From positions 3,006 through 67,005 of the forward strand of contig JAJSAL010000092.1 of NCBI GenBank assembly GCA_024274705.1: a stretch of DNA of 64,000 nucleotides. Direction: 5' to 3'. The notes below the pieces were generated by a model. That model was not told the origin of the DNA. It saw only the letters and a program-made list of their open reading frames with translations, and ran no database searches. The stretch comes from Spirochaetota bacterium (GTDB taxonomy: Bacteria > Spirochaetota > Spirochaetia > SPDA01 > JAJSAL01). A program made the position numbers and the translations under genes. Below are positions 47,748-56,256 of this stretch, piece after piece (position 1 is the first letter of the stretch; each line of letters starts with the position of its first letter).

Positions 47748-48929
47748 TTACAGGATCAAGTCCGAGTACACCGGGTTTCCGTTCTTGTCCCTGCACCGGA
47801 TAAGCGGCCTGGAAAACATCCGGTCATAATATCCAAGGGGCAGGGTGCGTATACTCTGTGAAAGGGTTAGCACATGGGAAGGAGTTCCCCGGGCATGAGG
47901 TTTACCCAGGATGTAGCTGAAATCCAGCCCTTTAAAGAATACCGGTCCTTTTGAAAACAGCGAGGAAAGGTACAGTGCTATAACACCAACAGATCCAAGG
48001 GGAGGAATGAGAAGGAGTGATGGCAGGTATTCTTTAAGTTTCCCGATGAGCCTGCAACGGGTAAAATCAGACAGCATGAAGTATTTCCTGCCTGTAAACA
48101 CCCTGTGGATGGCCGGGAAACACGTGAGGTCGAAAATAACCGGTATTGTGGAATATACATTTCCTATGAAATCTTTCATATTCGAAACCTGGCTCTCTAC
48201 TGCAATGATATAATCCGGCTGAATATCATGTTGGGTCAATACGGGAAATGAGGTGTCCGCCGCAACGATACAGATTTTCTCCCGCAACCGTTTCAACAGT
48301 GGAAGGGAATGCTCCAGCGATTCTCCTGCTCCGGTGACAACGACGGGTTTCTCGAATGTCAGGTCTGCTGCGCTGTAAGACTCTGTGCAGAAAGAAAGAT
48401 TCCTGAAAATATTTCGTATCCAGCCGGGGCCCATCTCCATGAGAGTCCGCTTGTTCTGCCAGTACCTGTTGATAGCAGCCTGAACTCCACGTTCACAATC
48501 CCGGTAAAAAGAAGGGTAGAGGCTGTAACCGTTGCTCAGGGTAACCAGGCAGGACCTTCGGTAGCGCCATATGCCGGATGCACGGACTGTATGAATAACA
48601 CCGTTAATGGCGTCTGTTCTGATGTACGTAATCCTGGTGGAGTGGATGTACGCTTCCGGGGCACGGGACAGCGAGAGGGCCATTAGTTTCTCATCATATT
48701 CGACACACAGAATATGACTTGATTCCGGCACTATCTGAAGCAGTGTATCAAATCCATAGAATAACAAAGGTGAAGGTATGAAGAGAAGGGTTTGTTCCGG
48801 TATGGATAATGTCCTGATTTTCTTCAGAATTCCCCGTAAAGGATCCCCCGGGGAATAGAGCTCTTTACCACAATACCGTACGGACATGAGTCCGGATGTG
48901 GCTGTAAAGAGCTCCGGATCAGGGGTCAT
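47748..48929 (-). CDS. Motility-associated factor (Maf)-like DUF115/MptE-like family protein
   Basis: VVVTGAGESLEHSLPLLKRL...IVAADTSFPVLTQHDIQPDYIIAVESQ resembles the DUF115 core of flagellin-glycosylation Maf proteins. 6-nt gap from the upstream ppiD-like gene. Confidence 0.68.
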   Translation of the reverse strand: MTPDPELFTATSGLMSVRYCGKELYSPGDPLRGILKKIRTLSIPEQTLLFIPSPLLFYGFDTLLQIVPESSHILCVEYDEKLMALSLSRAPEAYIHSTRITYIRTDAINGVIHTVRASGIWRYRRSCLVTLSNGYSLYPSFYRDCERGVQAAINRYWQNKRTLMEMGPGWIRNIFRNLSFCTESYSAADLTFEKPVVVTGAGESLEHSLPLLKRLREKICIVAADTSFPVLTQHDIQPDYIIAVESQVSNMKDFIGNVYSTIPVIFDLTCFPAIHRVFTGRKYFMLSDFTRCRLIGKLKEYLPSLLLIPPLGSVGVIALYLSSLFSKGPVFFKGLDFSYILGKPHARGTPSHVLTLSQSIRTLPLGYYDRMFSRPLIRCRDKNGNPVYSDLIL

Positions 48930-48935
48930 ATGCCG

Positions 48936-50471
48936 TTATCGCGGCAGGAAGTACTCGTAAAAAACATCGTTAAAATTATCTTCCAGATCTTTACTCTTAA
49001 GGAAGAAACTGTTCATATCCTCTTCGTTGAACTGCTGTACTATGTAAGGATAGTAAAAATCGAGGTTCTGAAGATCCGCATCATCAGCAGTCCGCACACC
49101 GAGAAGCTTCACTACCAGAATAGTATCATCTACGATAATTGGTTCCGATATACCATCCTCTTCCAGGGAAAACCCCTGTTTGAAGAAATCTTCACTATTC
49201 GATACCTGCTGCATAAGGGCGCTTTTATCTTCACCGATTGTCCGCAGCGGTTTAAAAAAGAAATTGTTCCCATAGTTAATAGGCGCATAATCAGTCATCG
49301 ACTGAAATTTATCGATGCCAATGGCTGCGCTTTCAAAGCCAATCTCCATGGCATCGGCCCGGAACGCATCCGCCTGGGAAAGGAGATAGTCTTCTACAAG
49401 ACCCCCTTCATAGAGCCGGATATACGAAGTAACCCTCTCTAAAGCTTCGGAATCCAGAAGGTCGATGTCCCTGGGAGCATCATCGCTTCTGTAAATGACC
49501 CAGCCGAAATCTGTTTCAATTACCGGAGATATTTCATCCTGTTGAAGAGAAAAAATAAGATCCAGGTCTTTCTCGTTTTCAAAATCCTGTTCAAGGGAGA
49601 AATAACTTCTCCATCCCATATCACCGCCTTTATCGGCAAAACTGTCTTTTGACTGGGTGCGTGCAAGTTCTTCGAACATCCCCGGGTTGTCGACCAATTG
49701 CTGGTGGATGTTTTCAGCATCGCTGCCGCTGGAGTTTATTGTAATCCGGGACAGCTTTACTTCTCTGAAGAGGGACAGGTTTTCCCGGCCGAAGTCCAGT
49801 ATCATTTCCTCCGGATAGTCATCGAAGGTGAAATCGACGAATGCAAAACTCCTCTCTTCCTTTGCCATCTCCTTGATAAAGTCGAGCTCTTTGGAACTCT
49901 CTTTTTTATCCTGCAGCACATCCCGGAGATATTGCTGATGGATGAGGTTTTCCCGGAACAGGTACCGTGTTGATGTGCGCTCTGAGACCGATGTCGACTG
50001 GTATGCTTCTGTACTGAATTTACCGTTCACGACATAAGGGCCGGTTTTGGTCAGTTCAATATCTATTTTTTCATCGGTTACATGAAGGCCGGCTTCCTTT
50101 GCTTCCTGTAGTATGGCAACGTGTAGAACTGTCCGTTCGAAGGCGGTCCTCCACACCTGGTAGGCCTGGTACTGTATATTCTGATCTTCACTGTTGGCCC
50201 GAATCTGCTCCGCTATTATTTCGCTTTGACGGGAAAGATAGTTGCCCGGGACAAATAGAATTTCCTCTCCTTTATATTTACCGAACACGATCCGCCCTTT
50301 CTGGCCTATCCTTCCTGCAAGGGGTGCGCCCACAAAGGTTATGACGATGATAGCCAGAAGACCTACGCTGAAAAGCATAAGGACAGGTTTTTTCTTTTGG
50401 TCCTTAGCACGTACATGCGGCTTTTCTTTATCGTTTTTCTGTTTGATTTTGCGCAATTCTCTTGATGCCAT
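48936..50471 (-). CDS. Periplasmic chaperone/peptidyl-prolyl isomerase (PpiD/SurA-like, parvulin domain)
   Basis: Basic N-terminus plus TM anchor (VLMLFSVGLLAIIVITFVGAP) and a parvulin-like FADKGGDMGW motif. The start at MASRELRK (ATG 50471) is preferred. Confidence 0.78.
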   Translation of the reverse strand: MASRELRKIKQKNDKEKPHVRAKDQKKKPVLMLFSVGLLAIIVITFVGAPLAGRIGQKGRIVFGKYKGEEILFVPGNYLSRQSEIIAEQIRANSEDQNIQYQAYQVWRTAFERTVLHVAILQEAKEAGLHVTDEKIDIELTKTGPYVVNGKFSTEAYQSTSVSERTSTRYLFRENLIHQQYLRDVLQDKKESSKELDFIKEMAKEERSFAFVDFTFDDYPEEMILDFGRENLSLFREVKLSRITINSSGSDAENIHQQLVDNPGMFEELARTQSKDSFADKGGDMGWRSYFSLEQDFENEKDLDLIFSLQQDEISPVIETDFGWVIYRSDDAPRDIDLLDSEALERVTSYIRLYEGGLVEDYLLSQADAFRADAMEIGFESAAIGIDKFQSMTDYAPINYGNNFFFKPLRTIGEDKSALMQQVSNSEDFFKQGFSLEEDGISEPIIVDDTILVVKLLGVRTADDADLQNLDFYYPYIVQQFNEEDMNSFFLKSKDLEDNFNDVFYEYFLPR

Positions 50472-50590
50472 GAATAATTCTCTTTCCCTTACCAGCGGTA
50501 TTTCATAATGCAAGGAACCTTATCATGGAGTAACGTAAGTGTCAATAAAAGCGGAACTAAGGATTTAGCCTGGGATAGGGATAGCAACTC

Positions 50591-50620
50591 TTGACATTAT
50601 ACTGGTTAGTTGTTTATATT
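50591..50620 (+). promoter_or_regulatory. Sigma-70-like promoter for tRNA-Asp
   Basis: TTGACA (50591-50596), 17-18-nt spacer, TTATAT/TATATT (50614-50620), about 12 nt before the tRNA. Confidence 0.45.
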
Positions 50621-50631
50621 TTCTTGTCGCT

Positions 50632-50705
50632 GGGGGCGTAGCGAAGATGGTTATCGCGCCGGCCTGTCAAGCCGGAGATCGCGGGTTCGATCCCCGTCGC
50701 TCCCG
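50632..50705 (+). tRNA. tRNA-Asp (anticodon GTC)
   Basis: Acceptor GGGGGCG/CGCTCCC, anticodon stem CCGGC/GCCGG with loop CTGTCAA, T-arm GCGGG-TTCGATC-CCCGT. Confidence 0.8.
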
Positions 50706-50709
50706 TCTG

Positions 50710-50735
50710 GTCCCCAACAGAGGGGACTTTTTTTT
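50710..50735 (+). terminator. Hairpin plus T8 between tRNA-Asp and tRNA-Pro
   Basis: GTCCCC-AACAGA-GGGGAC followed by TTTTTTTT, 6 nt before tRNA-Pro. Confidence 0.55.
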
Positions 50736-50741
50736 CATATT

Positions 50742-50814
50742 CGGGCTGTAGCGCAGGGGCTAGCGCGCTCGGTTCGGGACCGAGAGGTCGGCGGTTCAAA
50801 TCCGCCCAGCCCGA
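50742..50814 (+). tRNA. tRNA-Pro (anticodon CGG)
   Basis: Acceptor CGGGCTG/CAGCCCG, anticodon stem CTCGG/CCGAG with loop TTCGGGA, T-arm GGCGG-TTCAAAT-CCGCC. Confidence 0.85.
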
Positions 50815-50913
50815 ATATATTTCATTACATAGCTGTAGTTTATAAAATACTTAATAATCTGTCTGCTTCATAATGCCCTGAAACGTCACCTGGAATCTTT
50901 AGAAAATATTTGT

Positions 50914-51183
50914 ATGGGCAGGTATACACTCTTCAAGCGGCGGTATCCCAAGAATGATAATTTAAAACACCATTTCTACCGGTGCTACTGTTATTACGAG
51001 CAGGGGAAAAAGATACAGAAACCCGCAGGCAGAAAATGTACATTTAAACGGTTTGCTGAGGGACATATTACCGATCTTAAGGAACAGGATAAGCTTTCCG
51101 CTAAAGACTTTGAAATGAGGCTCCATATACCCACTATCGGCGAAATAGCGGCAGCAATGTTTGAACCAGGGCAACCAGCATGA
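50914..51183 (+). pseudogene. N-terminal fragment of a tyrosine-type site-specific integrase (remnant)
   Basis: The 89-aa ORF MGRYTLFKRRYPKNDN...HFYRCYCYYEQGKKIQKPAGRK...TIGEIAAAMFEPG resembles integrase arm-binding N-termini. It lies 100 nt after tRNA-Pro, and no catalytic domain follows before the IclR gene. Confidence 0.5.
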
Positions 51184-51346
51184 ACTGCGATACCGGAGGA
51201 AAAGGCACAAAGGATTATCTAATACCGGTAGGAAAAACTCCGTTAAGAATTGCCTGTAATTCCAAAGAGTCTGTTATGATACCGGCAGCCGGTACTGTCT
51301 CTCTTCCACAACATGGAAGATAGACGAAGTGTAAACCTTGTTTTGA

Positions 51347-51382
51347 TTTCACCGGTTGAATTCCGGAATTCAACCGGTGAAA
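51347..51382. repeat. Perfect 36-bp palindrome
   Basis: TTTCACCGGTTGAATTCCGGAATTCAACCGGTGAAA is its own reverse complement. It is intergenic, between the integrase remnant and the IclR gene. Confidence 0.9.
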
Positions 51383-51507
51383 CAATCTAACTTCTTCCCT
51401 TGCCTCGACTTCCAGGGAAGTTCGGTAACAGAGATCATCTTTCTTAACCATTGAAATTACAACTTGACAAAATCAAAATAGCAGGGTAGTTTGTTTAAGT
51501 GTTATAT

Positions 51508-51535
51508 TGTGGAATATAGTTCCATAATGTGGAAC
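51508..51535. promoter_or_regulatory. Candidate IclR/KdgR-type operator (TGTGGAA half-sites)
   Basis: TGTGGAATATAGTTCCATAATGTGGAAC contains TGGAA-N5-TTCCA plus a second TGTGGAA, 14 nt upstream of the IclR ATG. TTGACA at 51464-51469 is a possible -35. Confidence 0.3.
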
Positions 51536-51548
51536 AATTGATGGTATT

Positions 51549-52301
51549 ATGAAAGCGTTCGAAAAATTATTCTCAATCATTAATTACCTTGAGGAGAACA
51601 AGGAAGCCAGGCTTCAGGAAATCTATACGTATCTAGGTATTACAAAGAGTACCGCCCATAGAATGCTTTCAATACTGTCCAACCACCATCTGGTAATAAA
51701 AAATGCGGAGACAAAAAAATATTCCCTGGGTATCGGATTTGTCCAGATAGCCATTAGTGTTCTGGAGAATCTCGATATCAGAAAAATCGCTGGAACTTAT
51801 TTAAGTGAAATTAATGAAGAAACCTGTGAGACCGTTCACCTGGCGCAACTAATAGATGATCAGGTTGTATATATCGACAAACGTGAAAGCACCCATATGA
51901 TCAGGATGTATTCCCACATAGGGAAAAACGCCCCGATACACTGCACCGGCGTAGGAAAAGCCATAATGGCGTTTCAGGAAAAACAAATTCTGGAACGGAT
52001 CCTGGCGAAGAGTGAATTGGAAAGATATACAGATAATACCATCACTACAGAAAAGATGCTCCTTCAGGAACTACGGGAAATCAGGAAAAACGGGTACGCA
52101 CTGGACAGGGAAGAACATGAGGAGCATATCATCTGTATCGCCGCTCCCATATGTGACCATAACGGACTCGTTGTAGCTTCTTTGAGTGTTACTACAATGC
52201 TTCACAGAAAGAAACTTGAAGATTTACTAATGTATAAGGATACATTGATTTCTAAATGCAGGGAAATTTCAAAAAAAATGGGGTGTTCGAATCATGAATA
52301 A
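51549..52301 (+). CDS. IclR-family transcriptional regulator (KdgR-like)
   Basis: N-terminal wHTH (ITKSTAHRMLSIL) and C-terminal IclR effector domain (HCTGVGKAIMAF...). 250 aa. Confidence 0.9.
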   Translation: MKAFEKLFSIINYLEENKEARLQEIYTYLGITKSTAHRMLSILSNHHLVIKNAETKKYSLGIGFVQIAISVLENLDIRKIAGTYLSEINEETCETVHLAQLIDDQVVYIDKRESTHMIRMYSHIGKNAPIHCTGVGKAIMAFQEKQILERILAKSELERYTDNTITTEKMLLQELREIRKNGYALDREEHEEHIICIAAPICDHNGLVVASLSVTTMLHRKKLEDLLMYKDTLISKCREISKKMGCSNHE

Positions 52302-52938
52302 GATTATGATAGAAAAAACAATACTTGATCATAAACTTGTGGCGATAATTCGGGCGGAAAAAATAACAAACCTAGGAAGTATTATCGAAGCTCTTCTAAA
52401 GGGCGGTGTAAAAATACTTGAAGTTTCATTCAATACACCCGGCGCAGCCGGTTTTATCAGATCGATTGTTGATGAATTCGGAAACGACGTCTGCTGTGGT
52501 GCAGGAACTGTTCTCGACGAATTCATGGCGATGAGGGCTATCGAAGCCGGTTCACAGTTTGTAATCAGTCCTGTTTTCCTTCCTGGGATGATCAAAACAT
52601 GCCTGACCCAAGGTGTGCCGCCGATTCCTGGTATTTTCACTCCCTCGGAAGCATTAAATGCATATAAACTCGGCGCCTCGTTCCTGAAAGTATTTCCAGC
52701 CGGAATCCATGGGCCCGGTTTTATCAAGGCTGTGAAAAGGGTGTTGCCGCAGTTGCTCCTGATACCCGTAGGGGGAATAAATCTTGATAATGTGGAGGAT
52801 TTTATTCGGAGTGGAGCCTCCGCGGTAGCTGTAGGAAGTGCAATCGTTAACGATGAACTTCTTCGGGAAGGGAATTACAAACAAATTGAGCAGAATGCAA
52901 GACTTTACAGGGAAAGGATAACCGAGTGTTCGATGTAA
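52294..52938 (+). CDS. eda: 2-dehydro-3-deoxyphosphogluconate / 4-hydroxy-2-oxoglutarate aldolase
   Basis: KLVAIIRAE..., GGVKILEVSFNTPGA, KVFPA and PVGGIN motifs are typical of Eda/KDPG aldolase. Confidence 0.87.
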   Translation: MNKIMIEKTILDHKLVAIIRAEKITNLGSIIEALLKGGVKILEVSFNTPGAAGFIRSIVDEFGNDVCCGAGTVLDEFMAMRAIEAGSQFVISPVFLPGMIKTCLTQGVPPIPGIFTPSEALNAYKLGASFLKVFPAGIHGPGFIKAVKRVLPQLLLIPVGGINLDNVEDFIRSGASAVAVGSAIVNDELLREGNYKQIEQNARLYRERITECSM

Positions 52939-53912
52939 TGACATTTGGTGAAGCAATGATGCGCCTCTCAACAACCGGTTTCGAACGGTTTGAACAGGCA
53001 AGTGATTACAAGATGGAATTAGGCGGGGCTGAGGCTAATGTCGCAGTAGGAGCAGCACGTCTCGGCCTCTTTGCATCATGGATTTCCCTGCTTCCGGAGA
53101 ATTCTATAGGCTTTTCAGCACGGAATAAAATTCGCATGACCGGAGTCGACACTTCCTGGGTGAAGTTTTCAAAAAAAGGCAGAATGGGGTTGTATTTTGT
53201 TGAATTCGGGGCAAATCCCAGGAGGACCAAAGTTTTATATGACCGGGAGAATTCTTCAATAAGAAATATATCATTGGAAGATTTTAATTTTCAGGAAATA
53301 CTCAAAACGCGGTTATTTCATATGAGCGGAATAACACCAGCCTTGAGCACCTCCTGTGAAAAGGCGACTAAAGAGGCAATCCTCGCCGCCAAGGCTAACG
53401 GTGCCCTGGTTTCTTTCGATGTTAATTACAGGCACAAATTGTGGACCGGATCGGCTGCGAAGACCGTGCTCGAACCTCTGATGAAACATGTTGATATCCT
53501 GATAACAACTGAAGAGGACATTGAAATCGTATTCGGAATCACCGGGGAAACCTTCGGTGATTCCGCACGGAAATTACAGAAAAAGTTCGGTTTTAAGGTT
53601 GTAGTCATCACGGTCCGTGAGAATATCAGCGTCTGGAAAAACCTCTGGACTGCAATCGCTTTCGATGGAAACGAGATATATACCGACAGAAAATATAAAC
53701 TCGAAATTGTAGACAGGTTTGGAGGGGGCGATTCTTTTACTGCGGGTTTTATCTACGGCTATCTGGAAAAAAACGGAAATGTGCAGGAAGCCCTGAAATA
53801 CGGAAATGCCTTTTCCGCGTTGAAGCACACAAATCCCTCGGATTTCAGTTGGGCATCTCTCGAAGAGGTGGAAAGTTTATTGATACAGAAAACTCTTCGG
53901 GTTGAAAGATGA
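52938..53912 (+). CDS. kdgK: PfkB-family sugar kinase, 2-dehydro-3-deoxygluconokinase-like
   Basis: MTFGEAMMRL...GGAEANVAV N-terminus and C-terminal DRFGGGDSFTAGFIYG motif. ATG 52938 overlaps the eda TAA (TAATG); GTG 52926 is the alternative. Confidence 0.85.
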   Translation: MTFGEAMMRLSTTGFERFEQASDYKMELGGAEANVAVGAARLGLFASWISLLPENSIGFSARNKIRMTGVDTSWVKFSKKGRMGLYFVEFGANPRRTKVLYDRENSSIRNISLEDFNFQEILKTRLFHMSGITPALSTSCEKATKEAILAAKANGALVSFDVNYRHKLWTGSAAKTVLEPLMKHVDILITTEEDIEIVFGITGETFGDSARKLQKKFGFKVVVITVRENISVWKNLWTAIAFDGNEIYTDRKYKLEIVDRFGGGDSFTAGFIYGYLEKNGNVQEALKYGNAFSALKHTNPSDFSWASLEEVESLLIQKTLRVER

Positions 53913-55086
53913 AAATATGGATAAGGGGATGATATCGCAACATGCGGAAAACGTTAAGCAGTCCGCGATACGGAAAATCTTCAATATTTCAAGAACTCTC
54001 GATGATGTTGTCAATTTTGGAATTGGAGAGCCCGACTTCGATACTCCGGCGTATATAGTTGAAGCCGCCAAAAAAGCCATGAACGAGGGATATACCCATT
54101 ACACAGAAAATGCCGGTTTCCCGGAATTATGCGAGTTGATTTCTGTAAAACTGAAGAAAGAAAACAATATTACGGCAAACCCGAAAGAGGAAGTGCTTGC
54201 AACCTGCGGCGGAATGGGAGGGTTATATCTCGCTCTTCGGACACTTCTCGATAAAGGTGATGAGGTCCTCGTTCCTCAACCTGCCTGGGTTAATTATGAA
54301 TCCCATATTTCACTCTCGGGGGCTGTAATGGTCCCGGTTCGGCTGGAAAAGGAAAGAGACTTTTCTTTAACCTCAGATCTGCTTGCCGGGTATATTACCG
54401 AAAAAACTAAAGTACTTCTGTTGAACACTCCCTGTAATCCAACCGGCAGGATTATTCAGGAGGAAGAATTACGTAAAATAGCCTGTCTGACCGGGTCTAT
54501 GGGGATATATATTGTCTGCGACGAAGTATATGAAAAATTCGTGTGGGAAGGAAACCGGCATTTCAGTATTGCCTCCATACCGGAGGCCCATGAAAGAACC
54601 ATTACAGTGAACAGTTTATCGAAATCGTTCGCGATGACCGGATGGCGTATCGGTTTCGCAGCGGGTAGTAAAGAGATCATTTCCAATATGACGAAACTGC
54701 AGGAGAATATCTACGCTTGCCCAAGCTCCATATCTCAGAAAGCTGCAGAAGCCGCCTTGGGCGTGGAATCTGATGATCTTGATAAAATGATTTCCGCATA
54801 CACAACCCGCAGATAAGTCATGCTCCGGGAACTCTCCGCGATCGAAGGGCTAAGGTGCATACCATCAGAAGGAAGTTTTTACATTTTTACTGAGATTCCG
54901 GACTGTGGAATGACGAGTGAGGATTTCGCACTGCAGTTGCTGATGGAAGAGAAAGTCGCGATTGTCCCAGGAAGTGCTTTCGGGGACAGCGGAGAAGGAT
55001 TTATCAGAATTTCTTTTGCAGCATCGGTAGAAATAATACTGGAAGGTATAGAGAGAATAAAACGTTTTTTGGCAAACAGGATGTAA
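53902..55086 (+). pseudogene. Class I/II PLP-dependent aminotransferase interrupted by one in-frame TAA
   Basis: The 304-aa ORF (IGEPDFDTP..., NSLSKSFAMTGWRIGF with the PLP lysine) ends ...AYTTRR-TAA (54814-54816). The same frame continues VMLRELSAIEGLRCIPSEGSFYIF... for the 88-aa C-terminal domain. Confidence 0.8.
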
Positions 55087-55161
55087 GCACCTGGAGAGGT
55101 GTTTAACAATACGGCTGTGTACTGTTTTACATGGTCAAAAAAAAAAACAAGGAGAGAGAGA

Positions 55162-56160
55162 ATGAAAAGAATTACGTGTGTGGCGCTGATAGTATTACTG
55201 TCGGCAGGGCTCCTTTTCGCAGGTGGGCAGAAGGAGCAGGCATCCGGGCAAACGGAAGAGAAGGCGACCGTAGAACAGACGGAAGAAAAGGTTTTCAAGA
55301 TCGGAATCAACAATTTCGGTCAGGCGAACTTTTTTGCCAGAATTGGCCGTGCGACAATGATAGAGGAAATCGAGAAACGGGGCGGGATCGTCGTTTCGAC
55401 GGTGACCGCTGATGTCCCGAGTCGTATTTCCGCCATCGAAGATTTTATAACCCAGGGAGTAGATGCGATAATCATTCAGGAAGGAGATATAGCAATGGCC
55501 GCTCCTCCGTTGAAAGAGGCGAAGAAAAAAGGAATCATAATCGCGGCCATGGGCTGTGGTGATGCGGATTTCGTTGACGTAGCTGTTGATTCGGATGATG
55601 AACAGTTAGGAAGGGGAGCAGCCGAGGCGATGCTCGAACTCATTGACTATAATGGTGATGTAGTCGAAATTATCAACGACCTTGGTGCGATGATTCGTGT
55701 TCGAAAAAACGCGATGCACGAATTGGTTGAGCAGCAGCCCGGCGTCAATGTTACCTGGAGTTTCACCTATGCATGGCCGGACTTTTTTCCGGATGTCAAG
55801 GCGAAGATGGAATCGCTAATTCAGGCAAATCCCGATCCGGGTCAAATCGATGCGGTGTATGCGACCTTTGACGGTGCGGGTGTAGCCGCGGCTCATGCAA
55901 TAAAAGAAGCAGGACTTCAGGATAGTATTATTGTTGTCGGTATAGATGGTGACCCGGAAGCATTCAAGGAAATGTCCGATCCTGCAAGCCCTTTCAAGGC
56001 GACTATGGCTCAAAAACCTGCCAAGTTCGCACAGAAAGTAGTTGAACAGGTATTCCTGCTGCTTGAAGGGAAGCAGATCGAAGAAAGATACATTCCAATA
56101 CCGGGAGAAATAGTAACCCAGGAAGATGTCCTTTCGGGGAAAATTAAGTACGAAGAATAG
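55162..56160 (+). CDS. Sugar ABC transporter substrate-binding protein (periplasmic-binding-protein type I, RbsB-like)
   Basis: ATG 55162 follows GGAGAGAGAG. Signal peptide MKRITCVALIVLLSAGLLFA. PBP type I fold features. Confidence 0.87.
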   Translation: MKRITCVALIVLLSAGLLFAGGQKEQASGQTEEKATVEQTEEKVFKIGINNFGQANFFARIGRATMIEEIEKRGGIVVSTVTADVPSRISAIEDFITQGVDAIIIQEGDIAMAAPPLKEAKKKGIIIAAMGCGDADFVDVAVDSDDEQLGRGAAEAMLELIDYNGDVVEIINDLGAMIRVRKNAMHELVEQQPGVNVTWSFTYAWPDFFPDVKAKMESLIQANPDPGQIDAVYATFDGAGVAAAHAIKEAGLQDSIIVVGIDGDPEAFKEMSDPASPFKATMAQKPAKFAQKVVEQVFLLLEGKQIEERYIPIPGEIVTQEDVLSGKIKYEE

Positions 56161-56217
56161 ACTGTGAAGAGCAGAGACAGTTTTATCATGGCAGGTATCG
56201 AGTATATCTGTCATGAT
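56161..56217 (+). other. Intercistronic hairpins after the binding-protein gene
   Basis: ACTGT-N-ACAGTTTT at 56161-56184, and ATCATGGCAG...CTGTCATGAT (10-bp arms, one G-T) at about 56185-56217. Confidence 0.3.
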
Positions 56218-56256
56218 TATTTTCTACCTTTCTTGTGGCGGGTGCGGGTAACATAG

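Noticed and set aside
51215-51451. 78-aa minus-strand ORF between the integrase remnant and the IclR gene
   Set aside because: It spans the 36-bp perfect palindrome and has no SD. It is more likely non-coding scar sequence.
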